64,000 nucleotides of DNA from Perkinsus olseni (taxonomy: Eukaryota). A model generated the notes under the pieces. The model did no database searches. It was not told the DNA's origin and worked only from the letters and a program-made list of their open reading frames with translations. Made by a program: the position numbers and the translations under genes. The stretch spans positions 124,001-188,000 of the forward strand of contig JABANN010000002.1 of assembly GCA_013115125.1 (NCBI GenBank). The letters run 5' to 3'. Numbering within the stretch: the first letter of the stretch is position 1; each line of letters starts with the position of its first letter. Shown here piece by piece: positions 39,570 through 53,432 of this stretch.

Positions 39570-39710
39570 TCGTTCAAGGAGGAATGCGGGAGCTGCGGCA
39601 ATGGCTCCCAATAGAGCTCCCTGATCTGGTCTGTTGGTTCCCCTGCGCGGCGCACAGGCTTTACCTCTGTGTGGTAAACGCGCTGGGGTTCTACAGGAGA
39701 GTCCCTGCAG
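39570..39710 (+). mobile_element. possible decayed hAT transposase fragment
   Basis: WFPCAAHRLYLCVVNAL resembles the hAT C-x-A-H-x-L-N-L motif; no intact ORF or TIRs seen. Confidence 0.35.
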
Positions 39711-42618
39711 ACGAAGCTAACCGCGGCGAGCTAGATGAGTCTCACATTTTTCCCAGTGCTGTTCTGTCACTGGAATTGAACTGGATTAAGTGAAGTAGTA
39801 CAAACTCACTTTCACTCGGTTTGGCGTGGCTTGTGAAGGCAATCGCATTTTCAATAGCGTAGCGGTCGATCTGTTATCTATGGATGAACGATGCTCTCTC
39901 TGAGAACCTCCCTAGCTTGCTTCGCCGGCTGACAGTCCAAGACATGAAGGCTCACCCGGTAGATGCTGATTTCTTCCCGGCTTCTCGAGTGGGTGAGTCT
40001 GTATGGCTACGAAACACGATGGGGTATCCTGATTCTGCTCTGATTAGTTTTGTGTTGCCAAATTAATCTCGCCAAATGCGTATAAAGCGAGAGAACGGCT
40101 TTTTTGTTCAATGACGAACAGTCACCGAAGTAGAACATTAACCGAAGACTAGTACTCGCTTTGCGAGAAGGAAAGCCAGCACGGATTTCGAATCGGCGTC
40201 AATAATCACATCAAATGGCGGATGAATAGCTCAGCTCGATTACCCATTCGTTGCCTCCATCAGGTGTCTGGACGAGGCTGTGCTAGCTACGACGAGTTTG
40301 GACGAGCTAGCTGACGCGTTGTTGGATATTTGGTAAGCTGCCTCCTGTCACCAATTCGTGGTTGATTTACTTCTTCTCTGAGGTACGTCTCCCGGTTCGA
40401 CGACGGAGTGCTGAGCAACTGGAGCGAGGTGTCCCAAACGGCCTGGCTGCAGCAGCTATTTAACGTCACTGTTGGTACGGAAATCAACAACTCCAGCGTC
40501 CTTAGGTGAGTCGATAATCGTGCTGGACTGGGGTGGATCGCGTAGTGAGAATAGTATTCACTGCGATTCAGTGTCAGCTCAGTATACCCGTGTGCTTACT
40601 TTCTGTTGGTCACTAAATATGGCTCTCCGCGTCAAATCCTGTAGGAGCGAACACATCGGCTAAGGATGATAGTGTCGTTCGACCACCGACTCGGAAGCCC
40701 CTCAATCTCCAGTTTTGCCGCCGCGGACTATTTGACCGGTGACTGGAACGGCGAGTTGGCACCTGCCTGCGTCCACTGGCCGTACTCAGTGTCTACGAAC
40801 ATCGAGCGTTGCGAGAGTCTTCAGAATATGTGTTTCGCCACCATTGCTTGTCGTGCGACTGGCTGGTTCAAGTCGGAGGTCGTCCTTTTTCCCCTCAGTG
40901 TCCGATTGGGTATCCACCTGCTCATATCAGCGGTGTATCAGCTTGGCATGGCGATCATGGCCGAGCTAGAAGGGGATACCTTCGACCGGTAAGGCCCCGC
41001 TGTTCGAGAAGGCTTCCGATGATTCAATCTCCTTCGGTGTCAGGTGGCGCTCGTCTATGGCGTCGCTGCTCGAAAGGGCTGAGAATCTTTCTAGGTGAGA
41101 GCTCCCGCTGACCTCCCCCGGAGGCTTTCATAGAACACTTTTCAGTGCTTGCGGAGATAAAGCGGCAGGCAGCGTCTTCTTCTCCGAGCTGGCTTTCATC
41201 TCCTACTATGACGACTCTATGATCGAAACTGAGGGCAAGGCTAGGATCTTCAAGCTGGTGAGTGGGCGCGGCCCGCGCTTAGACGTTTCCGTCGGACTGT
41301 GGAATTCAGAGGCCAGAGGGTTGGATTTAGAGAGATGCTGTAAAGAAACTCCAGCCGGTCGCCCTATCGGTCGGAGGAAGCCTCGAGTGTAACTCACGCA
41401 AAGTCAATAGGTCCTGACCTTGATCGAAATAGTTGTCAGGCTAGCGTGTTTCGAAAAGGGAGAGGACGGTCAAGGTCGTGCTCCATGCTCGCTTTATCGA
41501 CTTGCCTGGATACCCGTAGTGCTGTGCGCCTCTCAGGTAACTCTACCAGAGTCTCGCAACAAGACAGTGGTGGACACAAGGCTGTTCATCAACTCTGTGG
41601 AGGACGGCTCAGGCACCTACCTCCTGGTAAGGGGCTCGCAGCTAGCGCATGAACAGACGGTCATTTGTTTAGGACATTGACTCGAGTGAAGTGCTGGTGT
41701 CTCAAGGTCGTGGTGGTTCGAGACGCCCAACTCTCGTCCCGCCAGTGGGAGACGCTGAACTGGAAGCACAGACGAAAGTAGCGCCGGACGTGCTTCGCTC
41801 CGTCGTCATTTTGATGTCCTCTTAGAAGCTAGCGAGGGAGTTGTTCATCCGCAAGACTAAGCCGATAACGTTAATAAACAGGCATAGCGAGCCTCTCACA
41901 GTCCGACTTTACAACAGGATGGACCAGATCTGTGCGGTACGTAGAGTGGCCGGAGTGGTCGCTGTAGGCTCAGCGTCGTAGATACCGGTCGGAGGGCTGA
42001 AGGGCCCGGGAGTAGGAACGGTAAAGGACGGCAAGCGACTTCAACTGCGGCCTCCTTCTGTCCACGATATCTTCTGGATGAAGGTGAGCTGGCACCTAGT
42101 GGATCGCTGCTCGGTTGTTTGTGCACCGCTCTAGCCCAGTTCAGAGTCTAATGCAAGCAGTCATCCTCCAGGAGCGCATAAGAAAACCACATCATTTAGT
42201 TGTTGTGTAGGTGTTTCCTGCTGGATCGACAGGAGCCGTCTACAACTGCGAAGTCCATCGTGGCCAGACATGGGAGCTTCGTAGCCACGACGCTTCCCTT
42301 CTGGTCGGCTCTAGCTCCAGTCGAAGTTAACCTGGCGCCCCTCCACTTCGTTATATTTGCCCTCTAAGTTGTTTCCTTCTTTTGGCTGAATAATTGTTGT
42401 CAATCCTGGAAGGGCTCGCACTACTCGCCGGCGACGGTGGTCCTAAGAGCACCCGAACGCCGTGAAACTTTCGCCTCCGCGAGCAGCGGCCTTTTCCCCC
42501 TGATCGGTTGTCCCCTCCCTGCGAAAATTATGGGGAGGCTTTGCGCTCTGACCAGAAGCTCGAGGGAGTTACGGACGGAGTCGGGATATTATTATGACAG
42601 CTTCCGTTCGAAGCTCCC

Positions 42619-44776
42619 ATGGCTGATTCCGGGCTGCGGGACAGCGGCGGCTCTGCCGTATCTCACGGCTTCTCCCTATCCTCCTCGATCGGCTCCTCCG
42701 TGTATTCATCGATGGAAGTGCCCCGGACTGAGTACGATCAGCTCAGCCCGAGCAGCTCGTCCTCGTCGAGTCGGAGTACGGATGAAGCCTCTCCGGCGTC
42801 GAGGGGAATGCAGGTCAGTGGTCATCACCTTCCCAAGCGGGAGTGAACGAGCGCCAGAATCTGGAAACCGCTTCGGGATTTGTCCACTGGTAGATAGCAG
42901 CTAAGTTTCCGTATAAATAGGGGTCGAAAGAAAAAGGCAAAAACGACGGAAAGATGCGGAAAATGGAACTGAGCTTCACTATAGCGCTGGCGCGCCGCGG
43001 TCTCTCGATGCTGCTGGAAAGTGCCTTTCGCTCTGGCTAATCGGGATCCCCGGTCAGCTCCGAGGTGGGAGTTATCTTGACAGGTTCGAAAGTCCGTGAT
43101 CTCCTTACGAGTGCCTTCGCATCGACCAGTACGAAGCGCAAGCCTTGCCCCACGACGATCAGCCAGCTCAATTGACCACCGAAGTCTGCAGGACCACAGC
43201 CATCGCCGCTCTAGGTATGCTCTCCTCATCTTCTCCCTACGATCGCAGCGGCGGAAAAAGTGTGCCATTACTATTAATATATTCAGAAATTGCATGTATT
43301 TTTATCATTATTATAAGAGAAGTTCAGAAGGCATAAGAGTCCTCATCTTTAAGGTTCTGATCTTGAGTGTAAGTAAGAAGGAAAACTTTATTATCTAAAA
43401 CCTATAAAAGTTCTTTTGTCAGTCCGGTATATACATTTTTGTCAACTTGTCAACGTCTTACATCATAACGAGGATTTCAAGTATTTTCCCCCAGGTCATT
43501 GGTGGACGACTTCGTAACCAGCAGCTACCAAGCCCCGGACGCAGAAGTATCTTTGGACCTGACTCCTACCAGTGTGTGCTCATCGGCGCTACAGCGGACT
43601 GAGCAGGTCGTCCCCACCCTGCCGTCAACTGAATCGGTGACTTCAGAGGTCTCGAACGAACCGGTGGAGGAGACGGAGGTCACTCCCGAGATGCAGCCGC
43701 CTGATGATGACGATGTTCTCGCGGGATACCTCGCCGCAGCACGGACCGAGCCAAAACGAAGATCCCCTGGCAAGCCGCCTTTGAGTAGAAGCAGCAGCTC
43801 GCCGACACTGGCAACAGCCATAAGGAACGTTCGACGCTCGATGGGTGCCTTGAGTGACCCGGATTCTCCCGAAAAACCAACGAGCGAGGCGGCGTCCCCG
43901 GACAGATCCACCGAGAGAGGGAGCCTGAATTCTATGTGTGGTTTCGGTTCCCCAGTCCGACCATTCTCGATCGATAAAGCGGCTGAGGCCGAGATCGAGA
44001 TTCCTGTGGTTGAGCGTCTCCCGGGAGCTGTCATCTGTGCGGAAGATCTTGATGCCTGTGAGGTGCCTTTGGAGAACGGCCTTACGATTAGGGTGGGGTA
44101 CCCCGAGCGTGGTTGGGTGAGTGTCTTTGCTGGAGGGGGGACGATCCTCAGGGTGCGCCCTTCCGGTATTGGTGTGCAGCACGGTGGCAAGGAATACCGT
44201 CTCCGCGATATTGATGGCCAGAGTGAGGTCCACGTGCTGTACCATACGACCAGAGAGGTCATCGACAGACTGCGCGAAACTACCGTACGCATCCGCAGCA
44301 GTGGGGATCATAACTCTTTCATGATGGCTGATGATATCGCGGTGTCTTCCAGAACTTCTGTTCTCCGCTTTGACGGTCGGGATCGTCCATGGAAGTGCAA
44401 CATCTCCTTGAAGGAAGTCAAAGTGGCGGGCGACGAGAGCGTGTGGAAGTTCCTTTGCAACGGTCTGGACTTGCCCGCCGTGTCCGTGCCCGTCTCGGTG
44501 GTGGACAAGAGTCAGAGCGAAGCAATGGAGGTTCTCATCAAGCGTGAAACAGCAACAACGTCTATGGCTCTTGACATCAACGCAGTTGTTGCTCTGATGA
44601 CTTCGGTGTGGCCCTCGGTTATCTCGAGGAGGGGCGAGCTTATTGAGCGAGACTTCGACGCCATGGGGAGAGCGCACAGCGAATATTTGCAGAGGATGCG
44701 TGCTAGTGCTATCCCGAAAGATATCCTGGCAAAGCTTGGTGGCGTTTCTTCGGCTATTGCTGCTAGCGGTGGGTGA
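42619..44776 (+). CDS. hypothetical protein, 3 exons; Ser-rich N-terminus and folded C-terminal region
   Basis: Exons ~42619-42813, ~43084-43214 and 43496-44776 with GT-AG boundaries; 425-aa terminal ORF. Confidence 0.7.
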
Positions 44777-45301
44777 TCAGAACACCCGAGCCACAGTGAA
44801 TCAGTCAAGCCTGTATCATTAACCGTATTTCCCGCCTCGAATCGCTGTTTTGTTTTGTCGGCTGCGCCTGGGCGCTGTGCAACATGCCTTGACTGTGTCG
44901 GTATACGTGCTAGCCTCGCGCTTGTACGAATCGCTGTGTTCCAAGTATCATCAGTGGTGGCAGTAGTAGAGGGAAAGTTTCCCATTTTTGAAAACCTCTG
45001 CATTATCTCGTTCTAGTAGGTGCAGTTGTAGGATACGGCATGAGTAGATTGGGCTCATAGTGAACGAGATAGAGCAGATAGAATATGGAGTAGTTGAGAG
45101 AATGGGTTGATAATGCGAAGCTGGTATGAGTACAGCTCCGTTGTGTTACGTAGGCAGTGCAGCTCCTCCGTTGCCTCGAGATGCCAAGGCGAACGGCGAA
45201 CAGGATAGCGTTTCTTCTCGAGCACGAGACCCCATCGGTCGTGTACGGCCGACTGACGAGTGCCCAGAAAGCTCTCGTCGACGCCATTAGCTCCTCCGAC
45301 G

Positions 45302-46749
45302 ATGAAGAGGACCACTACGAAGGGGCCCAGCGTGAGCCACCTCCTAGAGGAGAACCCGTCACCCTTCTCCGTTTCAGCTGGTCGCGCCCGAGCTCGTCGC
45401 GGCTGGGTGAAAACACTTGACCGAGTCTGGGTCCGTATCCACGCGCTTGCTTGGGTCATCGCTTGTGTTGTGATGATTTACTATACCAACTTTTTCCGGA
45501 TTGTTTGGGAGCATCCTCGAGTGAGTTCCCGCCCTTCCCTGATAAAGAGCTTCCTGCCATGCATGCTACTTCAGGCCAATCGCGGTTGCCTGCTGATCGC
45601 GTTCGGGCTGCTAGGCTGTAACATGCTGTTGCTGTTCTATCTAGGGGTCTACTTGGAAAGCATCAAGAAGATCAACATGCCATGGGATGAGTGAGCCCTC
45701 ATCAGCTATTCCCTTCCTCCTCTCGATAGAAGCCTTCCTCATACAGCGTGCTGTACATGGTAAATTCGCCACGTCTTTCAGCACAAAGGGCTCCGCCGGC
45801 TGTCATCACGCCAATAATACTCAATAGTGGTCTTCAAAATTCCTCCAGTCACCAGCTGCTGCGGTCTTCTTACTAAGAAGACGTTTTAAGACGTTCTTAG
45901 TGCTGAGCCTTCTCCTTGGGTCCACAGCTTCTGCACAGGGGCTCTTACTATCCGTCCTCCTCTCACTCAAGATCTCCGTCTAGCTCTGTGTCACCGCCTA
46001 GCTGGCCTCGAGGTACATGCCGGCGTTGATTCCAGTAATGGCCGCTACCGGTCTGCTCACCTTCGCTATGTTCCTAGTGGCCCTGCTGCCCGTCTTCGGC
46101 TGGTGGACCATCCTCATACAGTTCACATTCTTCATGGCATTCGTCAGTGTTGGCAACCTCCCGCCAGGTGATCCAGGGGTGCGCCGGATGGATTCAGTTG
46201 CACGCCCTGCATCAGCAGTGCGGATCGGGCATCAGAACGCCTACGAGCGTGCCCGCTTAGAGTTAAAATCAGAAAATTTACAGTAAACTCTGTAGGGTTA
46301 TTTTCCTGACTCTAAATCCGAGCGGACATCTCCGTCGCTGTACTACCGAATAGAAATTTGCGCTGTTAATTTATTATTCGACTGGTCCATCCCACAGCGG
46401 AATTGTTACAACTAGAACCCGGCATACAGATATAAGCCTGTTCTTCATGAATACAATACTACTGTGAAGTCGTGTACTGTTAAACAGTAGGAACCAATAC
46501 TACTGGCGCTAGGGGACACGTGGACTGTCTGCCTCCACAATCATGACAGGAAATAGGTCATAGTAGCTAACTTGAGTCATTCCCTCAGCGTCTCGCATTC
46601 AGCCCCGCTGGGAATCGAACAACCGATGCCAAGATTCACCGCGTTTCCCCTCAGGTGGTGTTATCGGGAGTATCCTCACCTTCATCATCTTCATCGCTGC
46701 ATTCTTCACCTCCAACTACATCCCTCATGAAGGCTATGCACACTACTAG
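45302..46749 (+). CDS. TMEM128: TMEM128-like membrane protein, 4 exons
   Basis: RIHALAWVIACVVMIYYTNFF, FYLGVYLE, YMPALIPVMAATG..FLVALLPVFGWWT..FTFFMAFV match the remembered TMEM128 pattern. Confidence 0.7.
46600..46626 (-). other. weak tRNA 3'-end-like element in the last TMEM128 intron
   Basis: Minus strand reads ggttg ttcgatt cccag cggggct; 5' strand of the T-stem is degenerate. Confidence 0.35.
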
Positions 46750-46959
46750 CAAACAGTGCTGTCTATGGTTCATGTCAAGTTGAGTTGCTCTCAGTCAATG
46801 CTTATACCGCACCAGTAGTTGTTATGCGAGAACAACCGCCACCACCGGCGGAGCGAAGCACGGATTCAGCGGAAGCTCCATCGTAAGGACGAACTAAGCA
46901 TCTCTTTCTCGGTCTCGCGACTCGCGACTTGGGAATTTGCGAGCCCCCGAAGGAAGATC

Positions 46960-49755
46960 TTGTGCTGTGGCTAGATCGAACACAGAGATCTGCCAAGACC
47001 GTGGCGTCATCGAGGTTCCCTCCTCGACCTTCGATGAGCTCCTGTCGAAGTTCCGGACCCTCGATCACGACTCCCAGATCAAGGTGAGGCGAGCCAGGGC
47101 ACTCGAGGGTCGAGACCGGAACCTACTGGGGCCCTATCAGGGGCATTCCCTTTGTGGGGTAGTTTTAATGGAATCCCAGTGAGCTGCGTGACTGCGCTTA
47201 GCATAGACCGACAGGTCTATCGTACTGGCAATATAATTTAGCTGAACTATTCCACAACACAACACACTAAGACGAATATATAACAGTTCTGTCTCGAACT
47301 GGCAGAGTCCACGCGGCTGCGGATTCGTCAGCGTTTAGTTACAACGGATGAGAGAGGCGATGCAGAGCAGGCGGCAGAATGCATCCCGAGAGGTGACCAG
47401 GCTCTTCTACTAGTCTTCTTTTGGCAACTGGCGGCAGGTCGCAGCGCTCGTGGCGTCGATGGTGTCACACAACGATAACGTTTCCCAAATGAGGTAAGCC
47501 GCTTGTTTGCCGCCCAGAGATCGACACCCATTTTGCCATGACTTGCCGCATGCTCGAAATGATAGCGGTCTGCAGGGTACCAGCTCTGCTGAGTAGTATT
47601 GTCTGGCGAAATAAGATTCCTTTGCGCATGTGCGAATTGGCCCCAGGGCGAGTCCTGAGCCCCATTGCCGGTGAACTCAACACCCTCACCCACGCGTTCT
47701 CTACATTAATCCCAACCGCTGTTCCGGTCCTTGAAAGGTTCACATGTGGACTGGAAACTATAGTGGAAGAGCACCGCAAGAAGATGGAAGATGTCGAGCG
47801 CAAGGTAAGCAGCTGATAGCGGGTTCTTAACCGATTGCCTTTCCGTCACGAAGTGGCGCCGCTCGTCGAGTCCATAGTATTGGCATTCGCAAATCGGTGA
47901 GCTTCACGAGTGCAACGATGGGACTCAGGCCATAGGCGAGAATATATAAAAGGGATTTTTCTCTCCTGCAGCGCCCTGAACACCAGGCCCAACTCTGATT
48001 TTCGGCGAAGTCACTTGATGTACAGATTCATTTTGAGTCGCGACGCGCCAGCCGCTTTGCGCGGTCTGCAGGGTATGTTTTGCTCAGTTGGAGGAGGAGA
48101 AGTTGCATCGTCTAGCAAGAGAGGAGGAGATCCACGCACTTAATACCAGGATAGCCGAATTAGGGTCGGAGAACGCCCAACTAATTCGAGACGACGGGCG
48201 GCGTGTATGTCCACATTCGGCAGCATGAACACGACCATGGTCGTTCTGCGGTTCTCAGGCTTCAAGCGGGTCCATAGACGCTGGCTCAGTGGTAGCCACC
48301 ACGATAGAAGAGATCAAACAGGACCGACAAATTATGGAAAGCCAAATAGCGAGAATCGCTCAGCGTGCTGATGCCCTGGAGGGCGAAAAGGAGCGGTGGC
48401 TTCTCGAAAGAGAACAACTGGAAAAGCGTGCCGATGAGCTCAGCGAAGAAAACGAGAAAACAGGGGAGACGCGGAACGAAAACGGCGTCTTGAGGCGGAC
48501 TTTGGCCGAGGCTGAGGAGAGGGCGGAGGATCTCCTATCGCGAGTTGCAGAACTGCAAGCAGAGAAGAGAGAGCTATTAAGAGAGAACGAGGACCTACGG
48601 CATCAGCTCGACCGGCTGGTATCGGGACTCACTTCCATAGTCGGATTCAAAGAGGGAGTATCTTGTGCGCGCTGCGAAGAATCTATGATGCGCTTGGAGG
48701 ACTTGCTCTCTGTGGCTCATCAGCGAGGGTTGGAGGCGCTGTCTTTGAACCAGTCTCCGCCACCAATGGGAATTCTGGAATGCCCTGGCGCGAGCCTGGG
48801 CTCGGGTCCATCCTCAAGCCAGCAGAATGAAAGCGAAATCGATGCAGTTGTCGCCGAGCGGAACGCACTGGCTGAGCTTTCGTCTCGTCTCGAAGACCAA
48901 CTTAGTGCGGCTTCGCATGGCGACTCCGTACCATGCAGTGGTCCTAGAAACCACGAGGAGGATACCTCCGGAAGGGACGCCAAGGTGTCTTGTCTAGAGG
49001 AGAGAATGTTGACGCTAGAGAGGGAAAACGAAGAGCTAAGGGCAGCCTGTCACTCACAGGAGAGCACTGTGGAGAGATTAAAACTAGACCTGGTGGATGC
49101 GCGGGACCTCAGCGCGAGCCTGAACAACCAGCTCCTCTGCTTCGGAAGGTCGTCATCATCAACCGTCGGAAGTGGAACGCCGTTGTCGCAGGTGACCAAA
49201 AAAACCTTTTGAGCATGATATCAAATCATCTTAGGGAGAGTCGTCACCATGTCGAATGCCGCAGCCACGCTCGCATACTTTCATCGAGAATGATGTACAG
49301 AACGAAGCCACTCCGCTGACACCCCATCGTCAACGCAGACGGAGAAGTACGCCTTCTGAGCGCTACGTATTCACCGCTCTGCTCAGGTTCGTCCGGCGGG
49401 ATATACGGCCTGTTGGCGCGGGCGACAGGGAACACTCCCAGTAGGGACTCCGCGTCCAAGCAGATTCAGGACCTCCAGCGGATTGCGCAGGAGCTAACCA
49501 TGCATGTGAGCCTTCTAACAATGAAGTCTAAAGACTTTATTGGGTGAAGCAATAATGATAGGTTGTTATTATGATTACCACAGCATACTGCCATTTTCTT
49601 ATTTGACAATTTACTACGATCAGGTGGAAGAGAAGGAAGAGACCATTTTTCACCTGCGGAGACTGTTGTCCGAGCACAAGGATTTCCTCGTGTCTGAGAC
49701 ATCTCCCAACCATGCAGCCATGCAGCCTCCGAGTGATTGTCCCGATACTATATAG
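46960..49755 (+). CDS. coiled-coil protein of unknown function, multi-exon; start uncertain
   Basis: 307-aa E/L/R-rich heptad ORF at 48289-49212, with flanking exon-like blocks at ~46960-47083, ~47577-47803, ~49470-49503 and ~49624-49755. Confidence 0.6.
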
Positions 49756-50694
49756 TATCGCCATTATTTCCCTCTGGCATTCTTACAAATTGCGTTCAGT
49801 GGAATTTCTTTCATCGCAATCTGTGTGCATCAGTTCTGAGTCAAACGCCGTCGCCGGTTCACTTATACTCGATTACTACAAACCCAACGATGAGCTGTGT
49901 TGCGTAACCGCGAATGTCGACACAACATGGGGGCTCGATCTGTCATCAAACATTCCTCGTTAGCTCCGCATACAGCCGACCAATAGGGTTATCATCCCCC
50001 CCCATCGCACAGGGATTGTCAGAAATAATGTAGTGTACCAAATCAGTCGTTACCATAAACGCGTTAAAGCGCTGTAAGTGCTAGACTAGCCCATAGTAAG
50101 CAACGGCTGATTGAGTTCTGTGACTTGCTGCGAGGATCGCTGGGTTGGCAGCGTTCACCGTGTTGCTAGCTCGGAGCACTTCATTGATCGGCGAGAAGCG
50201 GCCATTGAGAATGACGTGACGTCTTACGTATTGACGTTATCACTGTAGTTATAACTCAAGAACCACTATGAAGGACTCGTGTTGAGTTACCTGATCTAAC
50301 GCTTCCGCCGCTCATCTCCCCTAGAAGCATTTTTTGAATGCATTTAGCTCCTTTCGCTAGTAACTACAACGAAGGGATGAACCGTATCGTATATGAGCAC
50401 ATCAGTGTCCAGTGTGAGTTGTCAATTTACGTTGCATGTCCGACTACAGTACAGATTTTCATTCCTCTCTATGCCCCTCGGAAGTGGAAAAATCACACCT
50501 TGTCAATAATGACTCTTCTTCCCTTCTCGGTGAGCCACTACTTCTGCAGAGTTTACAGTGCAACCCCCCACTGACTGCAACGCAACACAATTCGCTCCAA
50601 TACCGCTGATAACATCTAACGTTCGGAATGATACGATGGAGGTGGTACAGTGACCAATGAAGAATGATAAAGTGGTGTTTCGTGTACAACTACT

Positions 50695-52549
50695 CTAATG
50701 CCGAGCCATGCTAATGCCGGCAGGGCCTCGAAGACCCCGGCCTGGCAGCAAACGGGAGGACGAATGACGATGCTCGTCCTCGGCGAACTTCACAGAATTA
50801 AATATGAGAGTGAATGGGCAGAAATGAATTTTAAACGTATCGGTGCTTCCTTCAATAATCAATACCAGCATTAACAACAACAACAATCTTGAAGAGCCGC
50901 GAGGTGAACTCAGTCCTCGCAAGCGATGTCGCTCGAGAATGAGGCGAACTGAGATTCGCTGGGCTGAAAAATGACGAAAAGACTTCCACTCGAGGAAGCT
51001 TTTGAGATTTCCTACCGCCGTGTCGATGCTCTCGATGTGCCTCGAACGCTTGCCCGTGTATGGGTTAACCGAGACGGAGATAATCTCGTCGTCCGAGGAG
51101 GCCTCGGATTCATCAGCAGTAGGGTTGAAGCACTCGGGCAGAACGGTGGGGAGGAGAGTGACGTTATCGATCACGTAATCGACGCCCGGGAACGGACCTA
51201 GGACACGAGAAATGAGTGACCAGCTGAGCGTGTGTGTGAGTTCAACTAAGTCGTTCTGCCGACGCTGTTTGCGGATTCTGCCGGAAGTTTTCGGATGTGT
51301 CCTACTCTCTACTCTGAACGATTACCGGTTCGATAAATCCGGAGAAAAAATCTAAGTCTGAGTGGTTCGGCGTTGAACTCGAAACCCACCACATCAAGAA
51401 AGCAAAATTGACGTCGGAACCTACCTTGCAATGCGCCATCGGGGTTGACCAGAACTGTGCGCCATCCAACTTGCTTAGCCGCCTCGAGGTTCGCTGGCGA
51501 GTCGTCTACCAAAATGCAAGCGGATGGATCGCTAACCCCGGCGATGTTCATGGCGATGCCTGAAAAACTGGTCCGAAAAACAGCTGAGGCAAACGCTCGA
51601 CTTACGGTAGCACGGAGACTTCCTTTTCGTCTCGAAGTTGCACATCGCCGTGTCGATAACGTTGGGGAGGAGGTCTCGAATGCCCAGAAAAGTTAGGCAA
51701 CGCAAACAGTGCTGCATCGGCCCGACGGTTAATACCCACGTGGGGACACCTGAATGACAACACAGTGAGCGACGCCGAGAGAGCGTTTTGGCGAGGTATT
51801 GCTTGGGAAGGCCGTTATTATTGAATTTATGTTGAAATATGACACGATTTGGGAGATGTGCGGTATGAAATAATGATGATACCACTGGATGGTGATCATT
51901 CTATCAAATATACAATTGCTCAAAGCCGAGGGAATGCCTTTCTGCAAGACTACTATGCTAGGCGTTATTATTCTGGACTGATAATTGAAAAACGAGACGA
52001 ATTGGCGGATATGTGGCATACAACAAGATGAAAGATGAAAACTCCTGCATCACTGAATACAAGCGCGGGCGCTGCCTACCTAGACGGCTGACCATTTGTC
52101 TGACCGCCGAGTCGGGAGGAACGAGGTCTCGGAGCTCGTTGAGGGCATGGGTTTCGTCGAAGTATCGAGCAATCTGACGCCAAAAAAAGTGAGCGGAGCG
52201 AAGCTCCTGTTCGGTTCACTTCTGCATCGTCATCCTTCGCGATGTAGCCCTCCTCAATGAGACCCTTGACGCAGGTGCCGTACTTGGAGTAGAGAGAGTA
52301 ACCCGCTGATGAATCCAGACCAAAACTGAAGCATGGTAGCCGAAAGGTCCCGGGTTCGAGTCCCGGTAAGTGCATCCTACTTCTGGTGAATATATTTTCC
52401 TATGTTCTGCGTTAACAAACGACCCACTTCTCGCCTGTCCTTCCAGTAAAGGGTGTCGTCGCAATCCAGGAAAAGCACCGGCCTGGCAACAATAACAAAT
52501 TTCAACTCCCACAGCGAACATGAGCATAGCACGACGGACGCGATATCAT
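50695..52549 (-). CDS. SDT1/PHM8-like HAD pyrimidine 5'-nucleotidase, multi-exon; ends approximate
   Basis: PVLFLDCDDTLY, YSKYGTCVKGL, CILVDDSPANLEAAKQVGWRTVLV. Confidence 0.85.
52345..52374 (+). other. tRNA 3'-half-like element, antisense, in 55-nt intron 52326-52380
   Basis: aggtc ccggg ttcgagt cccgg taagtgc a; perfect T-arm. Confidence 0.85.
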
Positions 52550-53432
52550 AAAAATATGGCGGAAAAATGTGAGAGTGCCCAATGGACTGCCGCTGCCTCT
52601 TCTCAATTTCTCTAACGCCCCCAGGATTGAATTTAACGTGTTTAAGCCGATCCGGGAAGCGCTCCCCCTGAAACTCAGAAGACGCAGCTTATTGAACACC
52701 CAAGACGGTCAAACATGCAAGCACATATTCATGTGCTCAACGATCGACGTACTCGAGGCAGTCGGGTTGTTTACCCTGTTCAGGCGGCAAACTCGCTGTA
52801 ATTTCGAGGAGAAGCAATGACAGCTGAATACCCAATCCGCCCCTACCCTCCGGTGGTGTCCTCCGATAGACGACGACTCTTGCGAGATGGGGATGTCGAG
52901 AGGGAAGTTGTCATGCACAAGCAGTAAATACAGAATTCTGACGGAAACCAGAAAAAAAAACGATCAGCTGCCACCTAACCCCCACGAAGACTACCGTAAC
53001 CTAAATTCAAATGCGCTCTTTCAAGGATTACTCAGGGAGCCCTTCCAGTTGAACCAGCGAGTTATGTCAACTTCGAGGGAGAATGGCATGAATCGGTCTC
53101 CCGGCAACACTTAGCCCCCCAATTCTGTCAAGACTACAGCATCTTGCACTCTTGCTATTCCTCAACGATCCTGCAATGAAGCCTCAACATCTGTACATTG
53201 ATAACAACAAAACAGAAGGAAGTTGATCAGGGCAAATCTCTTCGAGATGAGCCCTCAGAGGGCGTGCCGATGATGATGATGATGATGATGATGCTGATGC
53301 TGGTCGGCGACTAGTAATCGTCATCATCGCCCTCCGCGACATGTCGTCATTTTTGCTGCATGAAAGATACAAGTGTACTCAATTATTGCTTAACATCGAC
53401 TGAAATATGAACGTGCATGAACGTGGTAGCCT

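Noticed and set aside
43525-44677. Long minus-strand ORFs (255 and 344 aa)
   Set aside because: Antisense shadows of the 425-aa plus-strand exon
15129-52549. Functional clustering of two pyrimidine nucleotidases with RNA-processing genes
   Set aside because: Genes are ~33 kb apart among unrelated genes; chance linkage is sufficient
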